From contig CAWDTA010000005.1 in NCBI GenBank assembly GCA_963805085.1, positions 320,001 through 384,000 of the forward strand: a stretch of 64,000 nucleotides of DNA. The letters are read 5' to 3'. Shown piece after piece: positions 55,163 through 64,000 of this stretch (the first letter of the stretch is position 1; every line of letters begins with the position of its first letter). A model generated the notes under the pieces. That model had not been told where the DNA came from. It searched no databases and saw only the letters and a program-made list of their open reading frames with translations. Position numbers and translations under genes: made by a program. Source of the DNA: an uncultured Veillonellaceae bacterium (GTDB lineage Bacteria > Bacillota > Negativicutes > JARBTT01).

Positions 55163-55426
55163 TTTGAAATCAAAGACTTTCAGTTTTTACTGAGAGCCTT
55201 TTTTGTTTTCGCGTGTCCAGCGGGACTGTGCTGGTGGGTGAAATCAAGGCGGGAAACTAGGTACATTTGTACTTGGTTTCCCGCCTTTTAGTTTCGAGAA
55301 TGGTTAAAAAACTTGCATTTTGATTGGTAAATATATTATGATATCATCATAATATAATAAAAAAATTATCAAAAAACAATCAAAACATTATCAAAAGTGA
55401 TGATGCTAAAAAAAGGAGAATTTATT

Positions 55427-55852
55427 ATGAAGTATGATAATAGTTGTCTTCATTGTACAAAAGATCAAAGGTTGCAGGATTTAATGATAGAAATAGCCGA
55501 ACTGGAGATATCAACTTTATATTTATTTAAGGAACAAACTTATAAAGGACGGTGTCTGTTATCATTCAAAGGTCATAAGAGTGAATTGTTTGAGCTTACT
55601 GATGAGGAATTAAAGCTGTATAGTCAAGATCTTGCTAAAGCATCCAAGGCTATCCAGCAGGCATGTAAGCCGGATAGAATCAACTATGGGGCTTATTCTG
55701 ACAATTTGCTGCATCTTCATTTTCACCTTGTTCCAAAGTACAAGGAAGGTTATTCTTGGGGCAGTACGTTTGAGATGATGCCTGCCAATAAGAAATTGCT
55801 CAGTGTTGTGGAATATGATCAGTTAATTCGTTTTATTAAAATTCATTTATAG
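55427..55852 (+). CDS. HIT-family protein
   Basis: C..C N-terminus, PDRINYGAYSD, HLHFHLVP histidine triad. Confidence 0.9.
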   Translation: MKYDNSCLHCTKDQRLQDLMIEIAELEISTLYLFKEQTYKGRCLLSFKGHKSELFELTDEELKLYSQDLAKASKAIQQACKPDRINYGAYSDNLLHLHFHLVPKYKEGYSWGSTFEMMPANKKLLSVVEYDQLIRFIKIHL

Positions 55853-55989
55853 GATAAATGAAATGAACGTATTAAATTTTATATAAATTTAGAATAAAGG
55901 GCGTTGCTTAAATGGAAGTATAAAACAATTTAAGAAATCCAAGCAGATATCGCCACTTTGGTGGCAAGAGTAAGAAATACCCAAGGGAT

Positions 55990-56170
55990 TGCGGCGGATA
56001 TTTTTAGTCAGGAAAAAGTTAAGCTTCAGAGGCTATGTGGATAGATGGTCATTTGAAACCTAAAATTCTTGCGCACCCTCTTCAGAGGATTGCACAAGAA
56101 GCTGGAATGAACATTCTAGAAGATTGTAAATTTATCATGGTAGAAGAGAATAAAATTGGTGCTGAAAAAC
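55990..56170 (+). pseudogene. Acylating aldehyde dehydrogenase internal fragment
   Basis: MWIDGHLKPKILAHPLQRIAQEAGMNILEDCKFIMVEENKIG.E resembles CoA-acylating ALDH; runs into tRNA repeat. Confidence 0.55.
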
Positions 56171-56255
56171 TTCTAAGCCGTGTGTTGAGCGTTCGGATCG
56201 TCTTAGGTGCAACATATGAAATCAAGGGTTCTAGCATTTTGCTAGAGCCTTTTTT
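56170..56255 (+). repeat. Degenerate tRNA-Arg(TCT) 3' half plus terminator, copy 1
   Basis: cttctaagccgtgtgttgagcgttcggatcgtcttaggtgcaaca-tatgaaatcaagggttctagcattttgctagagcctttttt. Confidence 0.85.
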
Positions 56256-56380
56256 GTTTTTCTTATAATGAAGAATTTATATTTTTAATAAACCAATCGG
56301 GATAGGATTAGCAAAGTAGAAGTAGAATACTAACGATAGTAATATAATCTGGTATAGGTGTGAAAGAGAGGCGATATGTT

Positions 56381-57358
56381 ATGGATAGGAAACAAAGCGA
56401 TAAAGAGATAAAAGAAATCTATTTGGCGGGAGGTTGTTTTTGGGGGACTGAGAAATATCTGTCTTTAGTCAAAGGAATCGAGTCTACCGAGGTTGGGTAT
56501 GCCAACGGCCGTACAGAAAATCCGAGTTATGAAGATGTCTGCACAGGGGAAAATGGTCATGCGGAAACGGTCAAGCTCCTCTACGATCCGGCGGTGATAA
56601 GTTTGGAATTCATTTTGAATCTTTTTTATAATGTGATCGATCCGGTGGCGAAGAACCAGCAGGGGAATGATATAGGAGTACAGTACCGTACCGGTATTTA
56701 TTATGTGGATGATAAGGATCAAGAGCGGATTTTGAATTCTTTACAGACCTTGCAAGAGGGATATGATAAGCCGATTGCCATCGAGGTCGAACCGCTGCGA
56801 AACTACTATGCCGCAGAAGAGTGGCATCAGAAATATCTAGATAAGAATCCGCAGGGATATTGCCATATTCCCAGTAGAAAATTTAGCCAGGCTGAGCAGG
56901 CGATAGATCCTTCGGTGCTCTATCAAGTAAAATCAAAGTCTGTATTAAAAAACACGCTCACGGAGATGCAATATGCGGTGACCCAAAAGAATGCCACTGA
57001 ACCGCCTTTTCAAAATCCGTTTTATAATAATTTTCGGAAAGGTATCTATGTTGATGTAACGACAGGAGAACCGCTTTTTGTTTCGACTGACAAATTTGAA
57101 TCCGGCTGTGGCTGGCCTAGCTTTTCTAGACCGATAAGATCGGAGAGTCTTCATGAAGTAATGGATCCGAGTCATGGCATGGAGCGGATAGAAGTGCGCA
57201 GCAAGACGGGAAATACCCATCTTGGCCATGTTTTTACGGACGGGCCAAAGGCTTCCGGTGGGTTAAGGTACTGCATCAACAGTGCAGCGCTAATGTTTAT
57301 TGGTAAGGAAGAAATGGAAGAAAAAAATTATGGATATTTGCTGCCACTGTTGGATTGA
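56381..57358 (+). CDS. msrAB: Bifunctional methionine sulfoxide reductase MsrA/MsrB
   Basis: [23 protein letters not shown]; [27 protein letters not shown]. Confidence 0.96.
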   Translation: MDRKQSDKEIKEIYLAGGCFWGTEKYLSLVKGIESTEVGYANGRTENPSYEDVCTGENGHAETVKLLYDPAVISLEFILNLFYNVIDPVAKNQQGNDIGVQYRTGIYYVDDKDQERILNSLQTLQEGYDKPIAIEVEPLRNYYAAEEWHQKYLDKNPQGYCHIPSRKFSQAEQAIDPSVLYQVKSKSVLKNTLTEMQYAVTQKNATEPPFQNPFYNNFRKGIYVDVTTGEPLFVSTDKFESGCGWPSFSRPIRSESLHEVMDPSHGMERIEVRSKTGNTHLGHVFTDGPKASGGLRYCINSAALMFIGKEEMEEKNYGYLLPLLD

Positions 57359-58782
57359 TCTATGGATTCATTTGGAGGAATAGTAGTTCTTAAACCTATT
57401 TGATTGCCTCGTGACCAGCAGACAATTGCCCCGATCGCTCCTATGATCGCTGCTACAAGATAGGTATCATGTAATGCAAGTGTAAAGCTCGCAGTAGTAT
57501 CGTTAAGAAGTGAATATCTAGCTAACTGATTGCTAAATACAGCACCACTAACAGCAACCCCCATCACTTGCCCAATATTTCGCATTAAAGCCAATGTACC
57601 AGATGCGACTCCAATATTATTTTTGATTACGCTCCCCATAATGGCATTATTGTTTGGTGCAAGAAATAATCCAGTACCAAGACCGACTAAGGCCAGGCCA
57701 AAGGCATTCATAACGTAGGTAAAGTTTTCAGTGTGACCGAGAAGTATGATGCCACTACAAATTATTACCATCCCAGCAGAAGTAAGTAATCGCGAACCAA
57801 AACGGTCGGATAGTGCCCCTGCCACCGGGGAAGCTAGCATCATCGCTCCAGGAAAAGTACTCATCAATAAACCAGCTGTTCTTGTTGATAGGGTTAAAAA
57901 GCCCACAAGGTAAAAAGGCATAAGAAAAGTTACGGTATACTGAGTCAAATAATTAATCAAAGCAGCAAGATTGCCTGCTAAAAAGGCTCGATTTTTGAAG
58001 AGCCCAAGGTTTAACATTGGGTGACCGCATTTGATTTCGATATAAATGAACATCGCAAATGAAATTAACGCGATAAAAAATAAACTTATAACAATAGACG
58101 AGTGCCAGCCCCATATATGTCCATGACTTACAGCTAGTAAAAACGTACTAAGACAGGTAAAAATAGTAACTGCTCCGCCAATATCGAACTTCTGAGGCTT
58201 TGTAATTTTTATCGGGAGTATTTTCCACGACCAAATTGTGCTAATGATGCCTATAGGAATGTTAATAATGAATATAGATTGCCAACCATAGGTTCCAACT
58301 AAAATCCCGCCAAGGGATGGACCGGCAGCAAGACCAAGCGAAACAAACATAGCGTTAATGCCAATAGCTTTTCCTCTCTCTGAAGGCTGGAAGGTATCAG
58401 TTATAATAGCTTGAACAACAGCCAAGATCGCCCCTGCGCCAATTGCCTGCAGTCCCCGCGAGGCGATAAGTACCCATATATTTGGTGATAAACTATTTAA
58501 TGCTGACGCTACGGTAAAGATGGCAAAACCACCGACAAAGACTGGGCGGTGACCGTACATATCACCAATTCTACCATAGGTTAAAAGTAGGCTGCTAATA
58601 AGTAGCAGATAAACTATTACTACCCACTCAGTATTGGTAACGGTTGTATGGAAATAGGTTGTAATTTCTGGTAAAGCAATGTTTACAATACTGGCATCAA
58701 GTGTGGACATAAAGACACCAAGTGCTGTCGTTGAATGGATGAGCCACTTACGAACTTCTGGAGTTTTCAATAAGTATAGCAT
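57328..58782 (-). CDS. MFS transporter, DHA2 (EmrB/QacA-like)
   Basis: [37 protein letters not shown]; about 14 TMs. Confidence 0.92.
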   Translation of the reverse strand: MLYLLKTPEVRKWLIHSTTALGVFMSTLDASIVNIALPEITTYFHTTVTNTEWVVIVYLLLISSLLLTYGRIGDMYGHRPVFVGGFAIFTVASALNSLSPNIWVLIASRGLQAIGAGAILAVVQAIITDTFQPSERGKAIGINAMFVSLGLAAGPSLGGILVGTYGWQSIFIINIPIGIISTIWSWKILPIKITKPQKFDIGGAVTIFTCLSTFLLAVSHGHIWGWHSSIVISLFFIALISFAMFIYIEIKCGHPMLNLGLFKNRAFLAGNLAALINYLTQYTVTFLMPFYLVGFLTLSTRTAGLLMSTFPGAMMLASPVAGALSDRFGSRLLTSAGMVIICSGIILLGHTENFTYVMNAFGLALVGLGTGLFLAPNNNAIMGSVIKNNIGVASGTLALMRNIGQVMGVAVSGAVFSNQLARYSLLNDTTASFTLALHDTYLVAAIIGAIGAIVCWSRGNQIGLRTTIPPNESIDQSNSGSKYP

Positions 58783-58905
58783 GTATTATTCCTCCAATTT
58801 GGTTAATGTAGCGCGTCATAGCACCGTATAATATATTAAACTCCTAATGGTAATGTTCCATATAGACAAGCGACTCAGCTATAAAATTAGCAAAGCTTCC
58901 ATACA

Positions 58906-58999
58906 AACGGCACTTCAAGTCGTCGTGTGTCGAGCGTTCAAATCGGCTCAGGCGTGCCATATGAAATCAAGGGTTCTAGCTTTGCTAGAACCTTTTTTT
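58906..58999 (+). repeat. Degenerate tRNA-Arg(TCT) 3' half plus terminator, copy 2
   Basis: aacggcacttcaagtcgtcgtgtgtcgagcgttcaaatcggctcaggcgtgcca-tatgaaatcaagggttctagctttgctagaaccttttt. Confidence 0.85.
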
Positions 59000-59077
59000 G
59001 CTTATTAAACTAAGCTGTAATTATCTATACTTTGGTATATAATGATAAAGTAATTTAGTAGAATAGGAGCAATATGA

Positions 59078-60685
59078 ATGGAAGCACGGTCTATCTTAAA
59101 TAATAAATATTATTTGTACATGACAGAATTTTTTGCCGGAATGTCAGTAATGGCGGTGGAACTTGGAGCAAGCAGACTTTTAGCACCGTATTTTAGTTCT
59201 TCACAGATTGTATGGACAATTATTATCGGAACTATCATGATTGCAATGGCGCTGGGGAATATCTGGGGTGGTAGGAGTGCGGATAAGGATCCCAATCCGG
59301 ATAATTTGTATACGCGTATGATTATTGCTGCTCTATGGATTGCCGCAATACCGTTAGTGGGCAAATATGTAATTTTAGCCGTGTCAGCAGCACTTGTTTT
59401 AACCATAAACAATAGTTTTTTAATTTTAGCAGCCTTTTTATCCTGTATGATCATCTTTGTATTTCCGCTGTTCTTGTTGGGGACAGTTACCCCTTCTCTG
59501 GTGAAATATACGGTAGATAGCTTAGATGACAGTGGAAAGATCGTGGGTACACTGGTTGCGATTAATACAATTGGAAGCATCATTGGTACATTTTTACCTA
59601 CCTTTGTTACGATTCCGGCAGTTGGGACATCCATTACATTCTTAATATTCTCGGGGATTCTTTTGGCACTTGGTCTGATTTACTTTATAGACAAAAAAGC
59701 GAAGAAAGTGAAATGTATCATTGGTGTTATTTTATTCCTTGTTTGCAGTATATTTGGTTCTTCAGACAGTTTAGCTTTTTGGGAAAACAATCTCTTATAT
59801 GAAGGAGAATCTATTTATAATTATTTGCAGGTGAAGGAAATCGATAATAGTGTAATTCTTTCTACAAATGTACTTTTTGGCGTTCAATCTATTATGAAAA
59901 AAGATGATAGCTTGACGGGAATGTATTATGATTATGCACTTGCTGCACCTGTCATGTCTGGAATTGGGACGAAAGAAAATACAAAAATTTTAGTACTCGG
60001 TATGGGAACAGGGACTTATGCAAAACAATGTCAAAAATATTTTACCAATGCATCTATTGAAGGCGTAGAAATCGATCAGAAAATAACTGATTTGGCGAGT
60101 AAATATTTCGAGCTTCCCGATAACATAAAAGTGACTACTTATGATGGTCGGGCGTACTTGAATGCTACAGATAAAAAATATGATGTAATTATGGTAGACG
60201 CGTACCAGGACATAACGATACCTTTTCAGATGTCTTCCATAGAATTCTTTACTATGGTTAAGGAGCACTTAACAAAAGATGGCATTATGGTTGTCAATAT
60301 GAATATGCATACCGAAAAAGAGGGAAATATTAATCAGTATCTGTCAGACACAATCGCAAATGTTTTTAATGTGGTATATACAGTGAATGTAGATGGAACA
60401 ACCAACAGAGAATTGTTTGCAACACAGAATAGGGAGGTTGCTAAAAATTTTGAGCAGAATACTGTGGAATTAAGCAATTATAAATTAAAGGCATTAATGC
60501 ATAATGTTGCAGGCAATATGGATAGATACATAAAGGGAGAGTATCTCTTGACTGATGATAAAGCACCAGTAGAACTTTTAGGAATGCAGGTAATCGATGA
60601 ATTAATCCAGCATGAAATAAGTTATTACAAAGAAGTATTCAAAAAAGAAGGGATAAATGGATTACTAAAAAATATATTATTCTGA
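59078..60685 (+). CDS. Fused membrane domain/spermidine synthase-like SAM-dependent transferase
   Basis: N-terminal TMs (VMAVELGASRLLAPYF), LVLGMGTG, VEID, DGRAYL, YDVIMVDAY, LTDDKAPVE. Confidence 0.85.
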   Translation: MEARSILNNKYYLYMTEFFAGMSVMAVELGASRLLAPYFSSSQIVWTIIIGTIMIAMALGNIWGGRSADKDPNPDNLYTRMIIAALWIAAIPLVGKYVILAVSAALVLTINNSFLILAAFLSCMIIFVFPLFLLGTVTPSLVKYTVDSLDDSGKIVGTLVAINTIGSIIGTFLPTFVTIPAVGTSITFLIFSGILLALGLIYFIDKKAKKVKCIIGVILFLVCSIFGSSDSLAFWENNLLYEGESIYNYLQVKEIDNSVILSTNVLFGVQSIMKKDDSLTGMYYDYALAAPVMSGIGTKENTKILVLGMGTGTYAKQCQKYFTNASIEGVEIDQKITDLASKYFELPDNIKVTTYDGRAYLNATDKKYDVIMVDAYQDITIPFQMSSIEFFTMVKEHLTKDGIMVVNMNMHTEKEGNINQYLSDTIANVFNVVYTVNVDGTTNRELFATQNREVAKNFEQNTVELSNYKLKALMHNVAGNMDRYIKGEYLLTDDKAPVELLGMQVIDELIQHEISYYKEVFKKEGINGLLKNILF

Positions 60686-60733
60686 ATGAAAAAAAGTGAA
60701 AAATAAGAAATTATTTACTCATGGCCTAAAATT

Positions 60734-60817
60734 TTCTGAGCTATGTGTCGAGCGTTCAGATTGCCAAAGCGCTCCATATGAAATCAAGGGTTCTAGCATT
60801 TTGCTAGAATCCTTTTT
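60734..60817 (+). repeat. Degenerate tRNA-Arg(TCT) 3' half plus terminator, copy 3
   Basis: ttctgagctatgtgtcgagcgttcagattgccaaagcgctcca-tatgaaatcaagggttctagcattttgctagaatccttttt. Confidence 0.8.
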
Positions 60818-61017
60818 GTTAGAAAACAGAAGCGGCCATGTTTACATGCTTTCCGCATATTAGTTTAAATTGCCCTCTTACAAGGTTTTAGGTTTATTTT
60901 TCACGCTAACAACATATTAATTAACTTAAAATTAATATGTTGTTAACTAACTATTAAAAGCCCGGAAGTATAATATAGAGGATAATAGTTATTCGACAGA
61001 AATAGAGGGGAAGTAAA

Positions 61018-61389
61018 TTGAAAGTACTAATTGTCGACGATTCAAGTTTTGCTAGGCGAACACTAGAAAAATTTCTCAAAAAAAATTTTCCTAATATAGT
61101 AATTACTTTAGCTTGCAATGGGCGAGCAGGTTGTATTGCATTTGCCCGCGAAAAACCGGATATTATATTTACTGATCTCTTAATGCCTGAAATGGTTGGG
61201 CAGGAGATGATCAAACAAATACGAGAAATCGATGAACAGGTTCCGATTTTTGTTTTAACAGCTGATATTCAGCAGGTCACTAAATTTGAGCTGATTCAGT
61301 ACGGTATTACCGCATTTATCAATAAGCCGCTAACCAGCGAAAATGGTGAACTTATCAAGCAAAAGATAGGGGGGCGAATTGATGCTTAG
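61018..61389 (+). CDS. Single-domain response regulator (CheY-like)
   Basis: VLIVDDS, FTDLLMPEM, LTAD, INKP. Confidence 0.92.
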   Translation: MKVLIVDDSSFARRTLEKFLKKNFPNIVITLACNGRAGCIAFAREKPDIIFTDLLMPEMVGQEMIKQIREIDEQVPIFVLTADIQQVTKFELIQYGITAFINKPLTSENGELIKQKIGGRIDA

Positions 61390-62023
61390 TGAAATGCAAA
61401 AAGACGTGCTGACGGAAGTCGTGAATATAGCGATTGGTCGGAGCGCGGCTCTCCTATCTGAAATGACAAGACAAAAAGTGGAATTATCTGTTCCTTGTAT
61501 TGATCTTCTTACAATAAGGGATGCAGAATCCCCCATTTTTTCACAGATTTCCGTTGATAGGGGGCATATCATCTCTTCGTCGATCAAATTTGGAACTGAA
61601 TTTAAAGGAAAAGCGTTTTTACTATTTCCGGCTCGTCAGGCTAAGCTTTTAGTTGGTTTGTGCCTAGGCGATAGTGTCGATGAAACTAATATAAATGATA
61701 AGAATTTATTAGATACTGATTTTGATGTTTTAATGGAGATTAGTAATGTTATTTTGAACGCTATTATGGGGGGGATGGGGAACTTTCTTGAATCCAAGCT
61801 AGTATACTCGCTACCCGAGATAGAAATGATGTTCGTCTCCGCAGAGGGGCAAAGGGGATTGCTGCAGGGACAAATGTATGTACTGGTATTGCAAGCAAAA
61901 CTTGATTTAGCAGATAAGCAGTTTGAAGGCACGATTTTGATTGCCTTAAGCTTAGATTCGGTAGCGCAGTTAATCAGCCGAATTGATCGATTGGTGGGGA
62001 ATTTGCATGAATCAGGTATTTGA
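61382..62023 (+). CDS. CheC-like phosphatase
   Basis: Two D...E..N motifs: DVLTEVVNIAIGRSA, DVLMEISNVILNA. Confidence 0.88.
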   Translation: MLSEMQKDVLTEVVNIAIGRSAALLSEMTRQKVELSVPCIDLLTIRDAESPIFSQISVDRGHIISSSIKFGTEFKGKAFLLFPARQAKLLVGLCLGDSVDETNINDKNLLDTDFDVLMEISNVILNAIMGGMGNFLESKLVYSLPEIEMMFVSAEGQRGLLQGQMYVLVLQAKLDLADKQFEGTILIALSLDSVAQLISRIDRLVGNLHESGI

Positions 62024-62969
62024 TCATATTTTGGATCATCTGAATTTGGGAGTCTTACTTGTTGACAATAACCACAGTGTGCTAGTCTGGAATAGCTGGC
62101 TGGAACGAGCAAGCGGCGTCCCAAAAGACGAAGTGATTGGCAGACCGCTTGGTGAGATTTGCCCATGCTTTCAAAAAAATAGCTTCAAAGATATGCTGAA
62201 CAATGCCATCGTCAATGGTGAGCATCGATTTTGCTCGGGCATGTTACATAATGGATTTATTTATCCCAAGGATAGGGAGGATATCACTGAAAAAGGTCGG
62301 CAAAACATGCAGATTGAGGCATTTTACCAAGACGGGGAAGTTTTCGCGTTGATCCAGATCAGCGACATTACCAGTCAGTATCGACGGATACACTGCTTGA
62401 AACACTTGGTCAAAGAGCTAGAAGTCGACTATGAATCTATTAAGGAATCGGAGGAGCATGCTAAACGCAATGCTTTGTATGATCCTTTGACGGGATTGTG
62501 CAATCGAACCTTATTTTACGATCGACTCAGGCATTCAATAGATCAGGCTGGTAGGAGTGGACGCCTTGTAGCTTTGCTATTTTTAGATTTAGATGGTTTT
62601 AAATCGGTGAATGATTCGATGGGGCATCTCAGCGGCGATTTATTGCTTAAAGAGGTTGCTAACCGCTTGAATACAGTTGTGCGAAAAACGGATACCGTCT
62701 GTCGATTAGGTGGCGACGAATATACAATTATTCTTCCTGACATAAAATCGAAAAATGATGTTGAAATGACTGCCAAAGATATCCGCAGGTTATTATCGGA
62801 CGAATTTAATCTGGGGGATAAAAACATATTTATTACTGTCAGTATTGGGATTAGCCTTTTTCCTGTAGATGGAGTCGATTCGGAAAATCTGGTAAAACAT
62901 GCTGATAGTGCTATGTATTCAGTAAAGAGCACTGGTAAAAACGGTTATCAGTTTTACTCGATCAAATAG
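62007..62969 (+). CDS. PAS-domain diguanylate cyclase
   Basis: PAS (WNSWLERASG), DPLTGLCNR, LDLDGFKSVND..GH..GD, RKTD I-site, GGDEY. Confidence 0.9.
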   Translation: MNQVFDHILDHLNLGVLLVDNNHSVLVWNSWLERASGVPKDEVIGRPLGEICPCFQKNSFKDMLNNAIVNGEHRFCSGMLHNGFIYPKDREDITEKGRQNMQIEAFYQDGEVFALIQISDITSQYRRIHCLKHLVKELEVDYESIKESEEHAKRNALYDPLTGLCNRTLFYDRLRHSIDQAGRSGRLVALLFLDLDGFKSVNDSMGHLSGDLLLKEVANRLNTVVRKTDTVCRLGGDEYTIILPDIKSKNDVEMTAKDIRRLLSDEFNLGDKNIFITVSIGISLFPVDGVDSENLVKHADSAMYSVKSTGKNGYQFYSIK

Positions 62970-63102
62970 CCTGTTCCCACGCCCATCCCTTAGTTGGTTT
63001 TAACTCCAAATTAATATTGCTATAATTAAAATTGATAATAATTATAGCAATATTAAGATGAAAATATAAATATAAATTCTGTTAGGTCAATAATATATAT
63101 TT

Positions 63103-63175
63103 GGCAGACTTACTGAAAAGTAAGGACGTAAAGTTGTGAGTCTGAGGACGATTGTCTATAATTGCTAGGTTTCCC
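63103..63175 (+). ncRNA. c-di-GMP-I riboswitch, divergent copy
   Basis: GGCAGACUUACU-GAAA-AGUAAGGACGUAAAGUUGUGAGUCUGAGG...AUAAUUGCUAGGUUUCC upstream of MCP-like gene. Confidence 0.7.
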
Positions 63176-63315
63176 TTGGAAGAGGTACTGAAACCAAGGT
63201 ATTTATCTGGGCTTTTGGTGTTTACATTCGGGGGAAAAAAATTTAGGGGAGTTTGTTCATTAAATCAGTTACAAACAAACTCTTGTCTAATTTTTAATAA
63301 AGGAGAATAATACTA

Positions 63316-64000
63316 ATGACTATTAAAGTTAAAACAATTATATTGCTGTTAATCGCTCTTTTTGTAACAGGTTTAATTGTCGGTGGGTCAGGTATGTATG
63401 TTATCTATAAAAAAACATTGAAAAACACTCAAGTAAGTATGTACGGACAGGCGTCTCAGCTTGCTGGCGGGGTCAATGAATTAGTTTCTACCTTTGCGAA
63501 AAGTGGAAAATTTTTTGGTGAAGATACCGATCTTAAGTTAGGAGATACTGCTCGCATACAAGGAAAGCTCAATACCTATTTTGCCACGTCCTGGGGAGTC
63601 GATCGTCTCGTGTTTATCAATACAGCGGGTGAGAGAGTTGCCTCAGCTCCACACGATGCTAAAAGTCTGGGAGGTAGTGTGGCTGACCGCGCTTTCTTTA
63701 AAGACACAATGACGGATCAGAAGTCGCATATCAGCGATGTGATAGTAAACAGGGTAAATGGAATGCCTTCCGTCATTGTTACACATCCCATAAAGGCGGA
63801 AGACGGCAAAATGGCAGGAATTGTTGTGCAGTCAGTCTCTTTGGACATCCTGCAAAATCTCTTGGCACCAGTTAAAGTTGGCGAAGGCGGAGTGGCCGGC
63901 ATAGTTGCCCAAGATGGATCGATACTAGCTCATACGGACAAAGATTTAATCAAAGAACAAAAAAAACTTCCTGAAGATATATTACAAACGCTGAAGGAAA
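63316..64000 (+). CDS. dCache-domain chemoreceptor, probable MCP (truncated by window end)
   Basis: AGGAG RBS, N-terminal TM, ADRAFFK...ISDVIVNRVNG.PSVIVTHPI, VKVGEGG...DGSILAH; frame open to end. Confidence 0.8.
   Translation, partial: MTIKVKTIILLLIALFVTGLIVGGSGMYVIYKKTLKNTQVSMYGQASQLAGGVNELVSTFAKSGKFFGEDTDLKLGDTARIQGKLNTYFATSWGVDRLVFINTAGERVASAPHDAKSLGGSVADRAFFKDTMTDQKSHISDVIVNRVNGMPSVIVTHPIKAEDGKMAGIVVQSVSLDILQNLLAPVKVGEGGVAGIVAQDGSILAHTDKDLIKEQKKLPEDILQTLKE

Noticed and set aside
54880-55173. 97-aa minus-strand ORF
   Set aside because: Antisense shadow of the two tRNA genes.
57328-57358. 31-bp convergent overlap of msrAB and MFS
   Set aside because: Short 3' overlaps are common and no regulatory signal is evident.

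Overview
Low-GC window from a diderm Firmicute, most likely Negativicutes (Selenomonadales/Sporomusaceae-like). This is inferred from TolC proteins and an SLH-domain OmpM-type porin sitting among Firmicute-type genes. Left part (1-23 kb) is accessory: two efflux operons (ABC-permease/USP/TolC and TetR/MFP/RND/USP-pseudogene/TolC), a field of gene relics (atpG-atpD, IS3 tails, GNAT, DUF362-like, GPH transporter, a tRNA 3' half), a carboxylesterase/AraC pair, a class III aminotransferase, a polysaccharide deacetylase and a TetR/MFS pair. 23-32 kb is an iron-only nitrogenase cluster (anfH-nifI1-nifI2-anfD-anfG-anfK-HEPN-like-nifB-GATase-Anf3-like). Its ~750-nt leader holds an ANTAR-like attenuator and a tandemly duplicated antisense structured RNA with its own sigma-A promoter. 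32-44 kb holds a c-di-GMP riboswitch-controlled MCP and core genes (murI, CofE-like ligase, rph, rdgB, fumarate hydratase, sdhCAB). 44-55 kb is a glucuronate/aldouronate utilisation locus with an SLH porin. 55-64 kb holds tRNA-Pro(TGG) and tRNA-Arg(TCT), followed by unrelated gene cassettes, each closed by a degenerate copy of the tRNA-Arg 3' half plus a conserved terminator, then a CheY-CheC-diguanylate cyclase module and a second riboswitch-MCP. All calls are from reading the sequence and remembered family motifs; no searches were run.
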